Under the pieces are notes generated by a model, which was not told the DNA's origin, did not search any database, and was given only the letters and a program-made list of their open reading frames with translations. The position numbers and the translations under genes were made by a program. Positions 35,732 through 49,000 of a stretch of DNA of 64,000 nt are shown here, piece by piece (within the stretch, counting starts at the first letter, position 1; every line of letters begins with the position of its first letter). The stretch is from Macrostomum lignano (lineage: Eukaryota), in NCBI GenBank assembly GCA_002269645.1, contig NIVC01003423.1, positions 34,492-98,491 on the forward strand, read 5' to 3'.

Positions 35732-37279
35732 CTAGCTACAAACTGAAACTGAGCGCCATCCAAGTTCACTAATTGAACTTTAAGTCGAGTTGTATTGTTC
35801 TCCTGTTCTAATATTAATTCGCTGGGCCTATTAATATTGTGGAAATAATAAACAGCTAGTAGGCCTACATAAAATAATGTTAAATGTTAACACTTACACT
35901 TGTAACTAAGTCATCCTGACCTAATTTTTATCTAGCATTCTAGTGACACTAAAATACTGTACTAGAGAATAGTAGCGTAGTAGGTTAGTAAAATCGCTAG
36001 GCCTACTTTGCATTAGTGAACTAAAAAATAAGCAGAAACGTCTGTTCAAATTTGTGCCATATTTGGCCCTTGTGCGCATAAAAAAGGCGGTCTATAGCAT
36101 GCTACTGTATCATATAGCATGATACGGACTGCCTTATAGGCGGTTTTTGCCGTGTTCTATACCGCCTAACGTGTATATACGGCTGCGGTGCGTGTTTTAG
36201 GGAGACCCAGTGCGCTAAAAGTAGTAAGGCATTAAAACCTGTTTAACAAAAAAGAAATTTTAACTAATTCAAATTTTAAAAATGAATATATTATTTAAAA
36301 TATAAGCCACACAATATTATTTTATTTAGATTTTTTAATGCTCTGTGCACCTAAATTGAATATCGTATTTTTTCACTTTAAGGCCCGATCCATTTTATTT
36401 GCTGGTGAAGGCTAACCATTGAATTGAACCAACCACTTAGATTTTTGGCTAAGGTATGTAAAAGCTATTTAGTCGTTCTTCAGTATCAGCCTGATTTGTT
36501 AATACAATTCGCAAAATTCGTGAAACAGGCACTGGATTAAAATGTGCTTAATTGAGCTGTACATGCACATGTACATGTACATGTAACGTGCATTCTGGCC
36601 GGATTGTGCAGATAATTTGCACAGCTCCGACAAGAACAGCTCGCGACGATCGATTACTTTCGTTGTGTTGTGCACTTACCTTTTGGTGCAGTTTTGCAAG
36701 AGCACCTTAAATTTCTCCAGACTTATAAATTGGGTTATATGTGTAGCTAAAAATGCGCATGCGTGCTTTTGTAATTGACTCAAAATTGCGCAATAGAGCG
36801 GAAGCCTTTTCTCAAGGGTTCTAGTCTGACCTGTGATTATTGCATGTCTGAAAAGCTCACCTTCGCGATAAATAAAACTGCTGATGAACTTTAAAAAGAG
36901 GCGAAATTAAAAATTGATTAATAAAGAGATGATACACATCAGCTGATCGCTAGCATATACTCAGCAACATTGAAAAATCCCCATGCACATGCGCCATGCA
37001 GTGAGCAATTTCTCTTGGACTATGCTGCAATAAAAGATCCGAGAAAAGACTGTGGGGGTAGCTTTGATCCGTCGATCGTCCAACCGCTCCCCTCAGTTCA
37101 ATTCTCAACTGAAGTCTGCCACGGCGTAGCACGAGCTCGTACAGTTGGGTTCACGGAAAAATGTCTGTTTTCCATGGAACGGACGTGGAATTCCGGCCAT
37201 GGAATTTGGCGTGAAAGATTTTCTTATTAATTGGCATGGCAGCCAATGATCGAGCTTTCGGAATTCATGAGAAACGCTA

Positions 37280-39716
37280 CCCGATCAAAAAGAAGTTGTC
37301 TTAAGACATCTTATAATTGTCTTAAGATGGCTAAAGACACCTCAAGACAATTTCAAGATATCTTTAACTTTGCTTCTACAAGCCATCCTGACGAAGCTGT
37401 CTTCAAGATGACTTAAAATTGACTTTTGTGAGATGTCTTGTTTAAGACATCTTTAAGACATCACCTTAAAGACAAAAAATTACATAAACTACTGTTTCTA
37501 CTGTAAGTAGGAAATTTCAGATACAAATTTATCCAGATCACTAAATCGATAAAAAAGAAAATCAAGCACTATTGTGACGTTTATCGCTAATTTTCGTTGA
37601 ATTGTAGTCTGTGGAAGGTTTGCTTATTTTAAATAACCCTTTAAGCTTTTTTGAAGCGCAATATATGCAATTTTTTATATTGGGTCGTTATAAACTTAAA
37701 GACAAAGTTTAATTACAACAATATTGATGATGGTAAAAATATTTACAAAAATCTAAACATCTCAGAATTAAAAATAGACAAAGATGCAATATATATTCTT
37801 ATCGGTGATGCTTTTGCTCAAAACAGCCAAAAACAAAATGGCGGAACATCATTTTTAAAAAGAACTAAAGACAACCCCCGCGGGCATGATTAATGATCAT
37901 CAATTAATGATTAGGGGCCTAATTGTCGAACACTTGTTTCTATCTTGTGTGATAAGTTTCGATTTTTCATTGGCTGCTATAGCCTATATAGATTTCTGGC
38001 CTAAGCCCTACCCTAGGTTTATCCTTACTTACTGTGATAGTGTATTAGTGATGATTTACATTTACTATCCTCAAGTTAGACCTTCCTAGTCTTTTACTTA
38101 GTCCTTCCTTGGATAGCTTCCAGGATTTGATTTCCCATCCTAATGCCAGGTGCAAACAAAGAACCCAGAATATAGTTTTATATCTTTGTGCAATAGAATT
38201 GTAATATCCTGATTTCCAAATTATAATTTTAAATTAGACTAAACTAAAATATAAGTTAGGCCTTAAAAGATTCAGGCTTTAACTATGGCCTATAAGTATA
38301 AAGTGTTTTATTTACTTACTTCTGGTTTTTTATTTAAAGTTAGAATTTTATAGCTAGGCCTATTGATTGGCTTATCAAGACTAATTTTTTGTAGGCCTCT
38401 TAGCTCTATCCTTAAGCCTAAAAATTTTGTTTTGATTTTTATGTCAAAATTAAATAATTTCCTTGGGCTAAGCCTTAGGCTTAAGCCCTATATTATTGCT
38501 TTTGCCTTTTTCTTTGCCTTTATTAGTGGCTAATGGCAATGTACATATGCTTTCAATATACTATATATATATTATAGGTGCCATTGTCTAAAGGCTAGGC
38601 CCCCTAGGCCAATGAAAATTAAAATAAAAAATAGATAGCCTAAAATGGCTATATATAGGCCTAGGCCTAATTTATTATATCATATTCAAAAATTGGATTA
38701 GGCCTAGGCCTAATAGATTTAAAAATAGAGTTAGTTTACTTAGAAGTTAGAAGTTTTATAAAATTGGCATTCCAATCTTTTTATTTTGCCTTGAGATTAG
38801 GCCCTAGGCCCCTAAGCCTTAGCCTACATATTTGAGCCTAAGGCTAAGCTATTGAATTTGTATAGCTTATAGATAATTTGTTTATAAATGTTTTAAAGTA
38901 GAATTATTCTTTATTTATTTTTTATTATCTAATTCTTTTTACTTATAAATTTGAAATTATTAAAACTCAACTATAAACTATAACCCTTTTTAAATTTATC
39001 TTTTTCAGCCACTGTTATCAACGCATGCTATTTATCATTGTGCAAGCTAACCTGGGTCTTGAATCTTCCTGGATTAAGCCAATTCTAAACTAGTAATTGG
39101 CTAGCAAAGGATCAATTGACAGCAAGCTTTTTACCAAGCAATGAGCAACTTAGTCATTATTGCATTAACTAAGTCTTTCCATGCAATGACTGGGTATGAT
39201 GCATTATATATTTATACAATTGAGTATTTTTGCACTTTTATTAAATATTGTATTTTTACTTGTTTTCAATTCACCATTTTAATTGCTTTTGTGACTTTTA
39301 ATCTGTACCTTTTATAAAATCAAAAAATAAATGATAAATTGCATTGAACCATAATTAGAAGCTCAAAAAGCTTTTCTTTAATATCAATGTTGCCTGAAAT
39401 GAAACCAATAAAAGAGTGCTGTAATACTTTTTGTCATTTCTTTTAAACAATTTTGATTACCATGGTAACAGCATTTCTTAAATGATCTTGGGCAAGACAT
39501 CTTTTGCAAGTCATCTGGAAGATGTCTTTGAGCAGATTTTAAGATGTCTTGAAGATGTCTTAAGACGTCTTTAAGTTATCTCTAAGCTGTCTACAAGTGT
39601 TGCAAGGAGCCAATTTTTAGACCGAATTAAGTCAATTATAAGACGTCTTAAAGACATCTTTCTAGCTTATGCAAGACATCTTCAAGACATAATTAAGCCA
39701 ACTTTTTTTGATCGGG
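37280..39716. mobile_element. Non-autonomous CMC/EnSpm-like DNA transposon
   Basis: TIR CCCGATCAAAAA, TA on both flanks, many subterminal AAGAC(G/A)TCTT palindromes at both ends. Confidence 0.7.
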
Positions 39717-40170
39717 TAGGGATCCCCTTTCTAAATATCCTATATCTTGATGCGTTTGTAAGTGCACCAGCTAACTGTCACTGAAATTGCTAATTATAAT
39801 CCAATTTGGCTGAAATGCCTGACTGGTCGGTAATAATTATTTGAAAATTCATATTTCACATACATATTTCATACAATTTCTAAATCACCATGATCGTTCA
39901 ATAGCACGGGCAAGAAATTCCGCGTATGCGGATTGAACTGCATGGCGATTCCAAATTTTGCAGCTGATCTTATCTCGTGCTCTGGCATCTTTTAAAACTA
40001 TATCTGCAATTTTAGTTAAATTCTAGTCAGCTAGTCTAGCTACGAGCTAAAACTAGCTACTGCTTCTGGCATCTTACTATAAAGCAGTTGCAGTAAAACC
40101 CGAGAACTTCTTGAATATGAATCCCAAATGAAGCAAAGTATAAAATATAGAAAGCAAAATAGCCTATATT

Positions 40171-40508
40171 CCCGTACAACAATCCGACGTATCTGACCGA
40201 CGTCGTACGACGTCTATGTAACATTACGTGTTTCCTATTGGTCGGACGTCGGGCTGACGTCGAAGTCGTAGTCGAAAAATTAAATTCGCCTTAATTCACG
40301 TTATTCGCCTTAAATAATTAAATTAAGCATAACAGTATTGCTTGCCAGTTCATCCCGCGAAAATAAATGTTAAAGAAGCGCGAAATAAGTTTTTGGACTA
40401 CGACTTCGACGTCGGCCTGACGTCCGACCAATAGGAAACACGTAATGTTACATAGACGTCGTACGACGTCGGTTCAGAGGTCGGTGCGACGTCGGATTGT
40501 TGTACGGG
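40171..40508. mobile_element. MITE, near-perfect ~120-bp TIRs, CCC termini
   Basis: CCCGTACAACAATCCGACGT...ACGTCGGATTGTTGTACGGG; ATT duplicated; GACGTC repeats. Confidence 0.85.
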
Positions 40509-43500
40509 ATTATTAGGGTACGTCGTACTGTCGAGCCTAATTAACATCCCGTTCACTGGGGAAACCTTCCCTTCTCTTCAGGAACCCTCGCTGGGAGTTC
40601 CAAGTCCTATTTGGTTCGAGAGGCCTTTCTTTGGCTTTTTATCAGTCATCAGGTGCTGCCACACAGGATTTTGTCAGCTTTTATTGCCACCTTTATCTTT
40701 TCTTGCGTTAAATTTTTGCAAAGTTACTGCAGGTGTGACGTTGTCAGTTAAGGTGGCTCCGACAAGGGCCGTTTTAGCGAAAGCCAGCAGTGCCATTTTA
40801 TAATATTGCTAATTCAATGTCATTTAGATAGTCTCGTACTCTAACGTCTGCTTATAGTAGCGCTTAAGGAATTTTAACAACATTGCGCGACGTTCGTAAA
40901 GCCTATGTACAATGCGATCGATAATTTCTGTTTTCAAGTTGGTTTTCTCGCCTATATTTTATGCTAGCCTAAAATTAAGCTTTCCTTGTGCGCCCACTCC
41001 CAGCCCGCTCGTTATCAGTCCTGTCTGGCTGGGGCGCCCGGGGTTAGACCCTCTTTTTTTTCCGGCCCGCACTCTCTCTCTCTCCCCGCCTCTGCCAAGT
41101 TGAAGCCACGCCACTGCTAAGTTCCTCGCCAGAGAGAGTGCTGCCTCTATCCTATCTCATTGCCACCATTTCATCGCCTCTCCATCGCCGTAGCCTATTA
41201 GCTATCCATCGCCTGCATTATCGTTGCCTGCCGCAGTGCCCAAAGTACCATAGTTCCGGATTCAGCACCAAATCACAGGCACAGTCCCACTCTTATATTG
41301 CCGACTGGAATCTATAGCGAGCGAGCCTATAACCAAATAAATAATCGCCATCCGCCATAACATAACAACTAAGTCTGAGTGCTACCGCTACACAAATTGC
41401 CTCCGTTATTCGTCTTCGTCATTTGATCCTGGGACTGTGTCGTCATAATCGTCACACAGGTGACACAGGGTTAATTTCTTGCTTTGTTAATTTTTAGTGA
41501 TTACAAACCAACTCTTCCTCAAAGACAAATGTAACGTACGGAACAGGAATTCCCGGGAGTCAACGGGGGCCCCGATTGGTTTCTCGCCAGCCAATGTTCC
41601 TTTTCACGCACGATTCCACGACCGAGTCCGCGGAATTCCGACATCTTACCGTGCATGAACCCAACAGTAAGTTGAGTCAATTTCAAAGATTGAGAGAATT
41701 TACCTGCACTCTCTCAAAAGTGGCGACCACAGACGAAATCTTCTGTGATGCCGACTTTTCGATGTTGTTGAGCATATATTAAAGGATCAGGTTTAGACAG
41801 AAAATAGCAAGGTGACGATTATAGAATTCTGACTGGCCAGAAATTAGGACAGACAGAGAAGGATACACAGCCAGATGGGTGATCGAACTGTCGAAGAGCT
41901 GCACAGTTGCTTACATGTAATTATTTTTAGATGTGTATGTGCCATGATCACGCATCACAATCATTGATACGTGAACCAGAGACCTCTTGGCCTATGACAT
42001 CCTCGGCAGGCGTCGTAGCCAAAAACGTCAACTGCCTAGCTGCTGATTAGCTGAAAATTGGGTCCGTCACGACGAAGAAGAGGGTATGTAATACACATAT
42101 CCCTCTCGGAAAGCCGCCAGTGAATCGCCGGCGAATATTGCTGGCGAGGTAGCGATTTAGTGGCGATTTTTTCTTGACACAATATTGCCTCTGGGGATTT
42201 CAAACGATATGCTTCGCGAAAACAATTTGGTCATTTCATGTTCCAGCTTGTTTTAAAACTGTCGGAGATTCAGTGGCGATTTGGTGACGAGTAATCGCCA
42301 GCGAATAATCGCCATGTACGTCATACACGTACATAATGCACGTAGTGTTGCATAGCAAATCCAGTGACAGAATATGGAAATAGCTTGGGGGAGATGTAGC
42401 TAATAGATCAAATACGATCGTCCGTGCAGTGATTTCCAACAAGGAACGTCAGTTGTGGGTTGGGTGACAAAAATGAGTGGCGGGTAGGCGTAGGGGAAGT
42501 CATCCGATGAGTCCTCGGGGAGGGGGGGCGGTTTAGATCATCAATATCAGCGAGAAAATGAGTATAAAATGAAGTAATAAAAAATTATTGAGAACGATAT
42601 AGACAGTCACGTATCGTAATAAAATGTATAGACGAAGTTTAAAAAATGACTGCACGTTAATCCGATCGAGCGAGCAAAGTTTTTTAATAAGCGCTCTTTA
42701 TATATTTTGTTTCATTGTTTACGAATCAAAATGACTAATACAACGATGTACATGTGTACATGCCGCCTCTCTAGTATACGGTATGATTAATATTGTTAAA
42801 GCAATTTATGAATTGCATGGAAAAATGCAATGCGAATCTCGAGAGACCAAAATTCGTGCCTCAGCTTCCTCGTCATTAGTAACAGTAATACAATGCAGGT
42901 ATGTATGTAATAGAAATCGAACATACAAGTCAGCCCCCAAATAGTAGATTTATAATAAGTTTCTAATAACAGTACGTTTAGAAAAATACTGTATCGAAAA
43001 AGCAAGGCACAATTAAGGTCGTAAGTGAAGAGAAAAAAATAATAAATTAGGTGCGCCGAGAGAAAAATCACAGTATGCAGAGACGAATACCGCGCACACG
43101 TAGACAGGACGCAACACTAATCGAGTCCTTTAGACCAAACCGATGTCACGGTTTTTAAAGTACATGTAAGCATACATTTAGTTTCAATTGAAAGCATAAT
43201 CTACACATACCACTATGTAATAGCTACAGATAGCTAGCTGCATGTACAACACGCTCTTACGTAACAGCGAACAATACAATACTAAGTTTTACCGATGAAG
43301 AGCACAGATACAAAAACAAGTTAAGAGAAAAATAAAACCAACAAGGGTATCTGCATAGATCCTAGCAACGATCGTGATCTTTCAGTAGGCTAGTACCGCG
43401 AAAATATTACGAGCGACAGGTAATAACAAGTTAGCACTGTAGATTTCGTGGTAGAGTCTCGCACGCAGAAAAATGATTGTACAATGTGGCGAATAGGAAG

Positions 43501-44035
43501 TTTTTCTGAGACTTGTTACAATAGCTAAAAATATGTTCTTGCGCATCTAATTACCGACACTCTCTGTGATCGCCTCACTGTCTATATTCAGCTCCTATAA
43601 AATAGCAAAACATGCAATGCCACTGCTTTAATCTGATTGATTCAAATTGAAAGAATAAGTAATTAGAATGATGGAGAAAAATATGATTTGCCATTTTAAT
43701 GCTGGATGTGCATGCATGTGCACTCAGACAAGGGAAGGCAATCATTTTTACGTGAATGTACATGTATATAGCTACACGTATGTTACAATATTTCATTTTT
43801 AGTATATGGATAACCTAAAATCTCGGTCCATCGTGTTAGGTAAACTGTTGTAAAAACGCAGAGGCAATCATCTCTCGTTCTCTCTCTGTAATACGCACAT
43901 GGTATTTACACTGGAAGTACTCGCGCACCACTGACAGCGCAGGACAATTAGAAGTTCAAATTAGTCGCTCACTTTCTCCCAGAGCAGAGAAAAACAAACC
44001 GAATCCTCCATGAGCTTCTCGTCGTCAACATTTTT

Positions 44036-45339
44036 TTACATCGGCTGCGGAAACTCTTCGCTAATGATCGCTTCGGCCGGCTCCGACTGCTGCCGATGCA
44101 CCCTAGGCGGTGGCTCCGCTGCTGCTGTAGCCGTCGAAAATGTCGACGTCGCTGGCGCGTAGGTGGCGGCTCGCACCGGTCTTCTCAACGAGTTACCGTC
44201 TGTCTGGCTGCTGCTGGATACCCGACGCTGCTGTTGCTGACCCCGTCTGCCCGGCAACGTTGAACCAGTCGACGCGTTGCCAACTTGAGCAGCTTTTGGC
44301 ATGAGCAGCGGATTTGTCTCGTCAATAGTTGAGTCGTCTGCGTCAGCCAGGCTGTACGGGCCGGGTGAGCGCGGCTGCAACTGCGAGGGAGGATAGTGCT
44401 GGTAATAGTTCGAGTGCAGCTGCTGCTGCTGCTGAGGCTGCTGCGGCTGGAATGTAAATTGCTGCGGCTTCAGATGACGGATGGCGTCGAATGAGCTCCG
44501 CGAGCTGCCAACGCCCCAGCTCGAGTAGGGATCCTGCGGACTGTAGCCGTTGAATTCCGACGTTGGGCAGACCGGCTGCCGGTGCATCTGGTGCTCCGGC
44601 ACCGGCGGCGGCGCTTTCAAACGCCTCGGCTCCGTGGCAGATGTCGATCGCTGATAGCGAGGCGGCGGTGGCGGGCCCGGGTGAGCAACAGCCATGCCGC
44701 GACAGCCGGCGTTGGCGGATGCTGACAGCTTGATGTTGTGGTTGTTGTTATTATTACTGAAGCAGCTCTCAGGAAAGGAAGCGTTCAGACTAGTCAGCAC
44801 GGTGCGATTGTTGTTGCTGATGCTGATGCTTCCACCGCCGCCGCCGCCGCCGCTGCCGCAGTTGGCGAGGCTGTCGCTGACAAAGCTGCTGCTAGCCTGT
44901 TCGTGCGGGAGGGCGCGCAGCTGGTCGAGCTCCAGCTGGAGGTCGCGCATTCGCTGGCGAAGCTTGGCAAGCCGGCGCCTCTGGTAGCAGCCGACCGCGG
45001 TCCCGCTGGCCAGACAGGATGCCAGCACAACGGCCAGGCAAATGGCCGCCACCAGCGGGTAGGACAACTTGCCGCTCTCGCCAATCGACGCTGATCCGCC
45101 AACTTTCAACGCCGGCTCCGCCGACGGCTGCGCAATTGGGGCTTCGCCTGCGGCGGCGGCGCGCAAAGCGCCGCAAAGCTGCGACTGAAGCTGCGACAGG
45201 CCGCCGGTAGGGTCCGACACCGCCGTGCCGCTGCCGCTGGCCGCCTGGCAATTGGCAACCCGTCGGCAGGACCGGGATCGGCTCCGCGTGCCGGATTCAA
45301 TCCGGCTGCACGAGCTCCATTGTGACCAGTCGGAGTAGG
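44036..45339 (-). CDS. SEMA5: Semaphorin-5 last exon: TSP1 repeat, TM helix, cytoplasmic tail
   Basis: ttcgcag|; YSDWSQWSSC...RSRSRSC; LVAAICLAVVLASCLASGTAVGCY; frame closes at the stop. Confidence 0.8.
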
Positions 45340-45816
45340 CTGCGAATGGGAGTCAACAGAACTTTTGGTTTACTGTGCGACGAACGCTTGTATTCAGATG
45401 GTCGTTTGAAATAAGTGCATCAATCCCGTACAACAAACTAAAACTCGGAACTTCCTACTAAAAGTAGGCTGAAGAGAACTTAAAACGCATTGACCATCAG
45501 GCCGATTTTAAAAACAAAGTTTGAGCAACTGCGGAGTAGGCAAAGGCTTAGTCGTCATTAATTAAAGAAATATTCCATAGCACAGCGCCGTCAACAAAGC
45601 CTTCTGACATCCTGAGCAAATATTATTCAGACTAGTGCGAACTACGCAGGACAACCTCATACTCGTACTCGGCCCCAGTCTGAGGCCAGAAAAAGTGCAC
45701 GCAAACCTTTCCTATAGTCTAGAAAGTTTACCATTTCGCAAAACAAAATTCCCTGAAAAAATATACCAGCGCAGCTCTAGCCTCAGAAATTGTTAATTAA
45801 ATTGGACAAGCCTCAC

Positions 45817-46002
45817 CTTCGCAGACGTTCATCTGGCAGTCTGTCGCATCCACTGCAATGCCGCCGCAGCTGCCGCTGCCCAGTTCGCTGCCGATGCAGA
45901 CCCGCTGGCGTTTCCGACGCCCGGTGCCGTCGCAGGCGTTGGCGTCCATAGCGACGCAGTTGCTCCAGCAGCTCCACTCGCTCCAGTGAGGAGTGGGTGC
46001 AG
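45817..46002 (-). CDS. SEMA5: Semaphorin-5 exon (TSP1)
   Basis: WSEWSCWSNC...RKRQRVC...CQMNVCE; phase 1/1. Confidence 0.85.
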
Positions 46003-46087
46003 CTGCATTGGGATATGGGACAGTGCGAGGCATTTTTGTGTGAGAGGTGAGGACAGACAGACAGACAGACAGACAGACACTCTTACG

Positions 46088-49000
46088 ACTGTCTGTGTGT
46101 TTAGCGGGACCTGAGTTATGTTAATGCGTTATGTGGACCACGCAATTCCGGTTAAAAAATAGAGTCTGTTTTGACAACGCGAAAGGCTAGCTAGGGTTAT
46201 CTTTTTGTTAACTTGACGGAATAGCCAGTTCGGGGAAACTGTGGTGGTTCACTAACTACGTTTTGGGGACCGGGTTAGGTGGACCGCAAAAAAACAGTTG
46301 GTTTAGTTAGACCTCTTTCGTTGTAGAAAATTTATTGCTTTAAACTGTTCTTTTGAACTAATTAAAACAGAAATTCTCAAAAAGAACAGATAAAAGCGTT
46401 ACGACGTCATTTAATGAAAATATCCCAAATTCAAACCAATTTATTTAGCATTACTAATCAGGTTAATCGGGTTAAACAAATGTACGATCGCATTAGTTAG
46501 TTGCGTCGCGTGAATACAAGAAGGTGAATGAAAATAAAGCATTTTGAAAAAAAATACCGAATCATATCAAATACTAACTGTAAACTCATTAAAACTAATT
46601 TAGGTCAAAATGTATGCTTCAAATACATGTTAACAAACGTAAGATTCCATTAGTTAAAAAAGGTCATCCGAGTACGAGCCTACAAGAAGTTGAAGGGCAT
46701 TTTTAATAACGACAAAAGTTACTGAAACTGAAATTAAATTGATTTGACTACACCAGTCCTATTATACTGAATGAGTTGGTGAGCAATCATATGATAAGCC
46801 AATCATTTTACCGACTTTCATCTTTTCGTTCACGCAGATGATGGCTTAATCTTCTTATTTTTTCTACGAAATATTCTCCTGGACCTTCCCTGCCTCCGTG
46901 GTCCGAGACCGCTTCTGTTATTGATCTGTCATTGCCTCTCTCACGAATTTCAGCTTACTCAGCCATCGAATCCGCTTTCGTCAGCTCAGCTCTATGATGA
47001 ACCTTTCTATATTTCTCGTCAATTAGTGGTTTGAATCTTCTTTTACAGTTCGTTTTAACCTTCATCTCGGTGAAACGCAGTCAGTCTCGTCGAGCTCAGG
47101 CGAACAAAATCAACCACAGGCTCCTACAAAGGTAGAAAATAAAATTAACTGACAATCAAACAGACACAGAAATCTGTTCGAGTTGTGTCTGTAGGTTAGG
47201 TGGACCACCTTCCGAGAGCAAAAGCCTCAAACAGACTGAGAGAGCTGCTTCAGTTGTGTCTGTAGGTTATGTGGACCACCTAAGAGCCAGAGCCTCAAAC
47301 AGACAGAGAAATCTGTTCGAGTTGTGTCTGTAGGTTAGGTGGACCAGCTACTCCACAGCACTTCTAGGCGATAATCTGGGCCAGGAATCTCCGAGAGCCT
47401 CTCGTTACACATCCAGATGTTCTGCCTTGATGCTGGACTAGCTCACTTTCTAGGAATCTGTTCTGATTGTATTCTAAAAAACTGAAGCATTCTCGGCACT
47501 AAACTTTCTCGGCGGCTCTAAGAGCCAGAGCCTCAAACAGACAGAGAAATCTGTTCGAGTTGTGTCTGTAGGTTAGGTGGACCAGCTACTCCACAGCACT
47601 TCTAGACGATAATCTGAGCCAGGAATCTCCAAAAGCCTCTCGTTACACATCCAGATGTTCTGCCTTGATGCTGGACTAGCTCACTTTCTAGGAATCTGTT
47701 CTGATTGTATTCTAACAAACTGAAGCATTCTCGGCACTAAACTTTCTCGGCGGCTCTGAGAGCCAGAGCCTCAAACAGACAGAGAAATCTGTTCGAGTTG
47801 TGTCTGTAGGTTAGGTGGACCAGCTACTCCACAGCACTTCTAGGCGATAATCTGAGCCAGGAATCTCCGAGAGCCTCTCGTTACGCATCCAGATGTTCTG
47901 CCTTGATGCTGGACTAGCTCACTTTCTAAGAATCTGTACTGATTGCATTCTAACAAACTGAAGCATTCTCGGCACTAAACTTTCTCGGCGGCTCTGAGAG
48001 CCAGAGCCTCAAACAGACAGAGAAATCTGTTCGAGTTGTGTCTGTAGGTTAGGTGGACCAGCTACTCCACAGCACTTCTAGGCGATAATCTGAGCCAGGA
48101 ATCTCCAAAAGCCTCTCGTTACACATCCAGATGTTCTGCCTTGATGCTGGACTAGCTCACTTTCTAGGAATCTGTTCTGATTGCATTCTAACAAACTGAA
48201 GCATTCTCGGCACTAAACTTTCTCGGCGGCTCTGAGAGCCAGAGACTCAAACAGACAGAGAAATCTGTTCGAGTTGTGTCTGTAGGTTAGGTGGACCAGC
48301 TACTCCACAGCACTTCTAGGCGATAATCTGAGCCAGGAATCTCCGAGAGACTTTCGTTACACATCCAGATGTTCTGCCTTGATGCTGGACTAGCTCACTT
48401 TCTAGGAATCTGTTCTGATTGCATTCTAACAAACTGAAGCATTTTCTGCACTAAACTTTCTCGGCGGCTCTGAGAGCCAGAGCCCTAAACAGACAGAGAA
48501 ATCTGTTCGAGATGTGTCTGTAGGTTATGTGGACCACCTTCTGAGAGCCAAAGCCTCAAACAGACTGAGAGAGCTGCTTCAGTTGTGTCTGTAGGTTATG
48601 TGGACCACCTAAGAGCCAGAGCCTCAAACAGACAGAGAAATCTGTTCGAGTTGTGTCTGTAGGTTAGGTGGACCAGCTACTCCACAGCACTTCTAGACGA
48701 TAATCTGAGCCAGGAATCTCCGAGAGCCTCTCGTTACACATCCAGATGTTCTGCCTTAATGCTGGACTAGCTCACTTTCTAGGAATCTGTTCTGATTGTA
48801 TTCTAACAAACTGAAGCATTCTCGGCACTAAACTTTCTCGGCGGCTCTGAGAGCCAGAGCCTAAACAGACAGAGAAATCTGTTCGAGTTGTGTCTGTAGG
48901 TTAGGTGGACCAGCTACTCCACAGCACTTCTAGGCGATAATCTGAGCCAGGAGTCTCCAAGAGACTTTCGTTACACATCCAGATGTTCTGCCTTGATGCT

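Larger units (their letters stand above)
27742..36218 (-). mobile_element. Copy B (inverted) of the satellite-carrying element, interrupted by a hAT
   Basis: Reverse-complement match to 15823-21829, with a shorter array, an extra segment at about 27940-28420, and no palindromic insert. Confidence 0.75.
36960..41772. mobile_element. Old unclassified TIR element, candidate host of nested insertions
   Basis: Ends CTCA(G/A)CAACAT(T/C)GAAAA(A/G)TC are inverted; CATATA flanks both sides as a direct repeat. Confidence 0.5.

Noticed and set aside
36200-36230. AGTAGT next to arm B as a Polinton terminus, or CTAA as a Helitron end
   Set aside because: AGTAGT lies outside the homology and points the wrong way; CTAA is followed by T in one copy and A in the other; no 5' TC end.
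36878-36930. Hammerhead-like CTGATGA...GAAA
   Set aside because: Stem II is only 3 bp and stem I cannot form.
23183-41116. CAGTGGCG...CGCCACTG as ends of one 18-kb hAT
   Set aside because: Only 8 bp match and the flanks (TATACGAG vs CTAAGTTC) show no TSD; treated as separate fragments.
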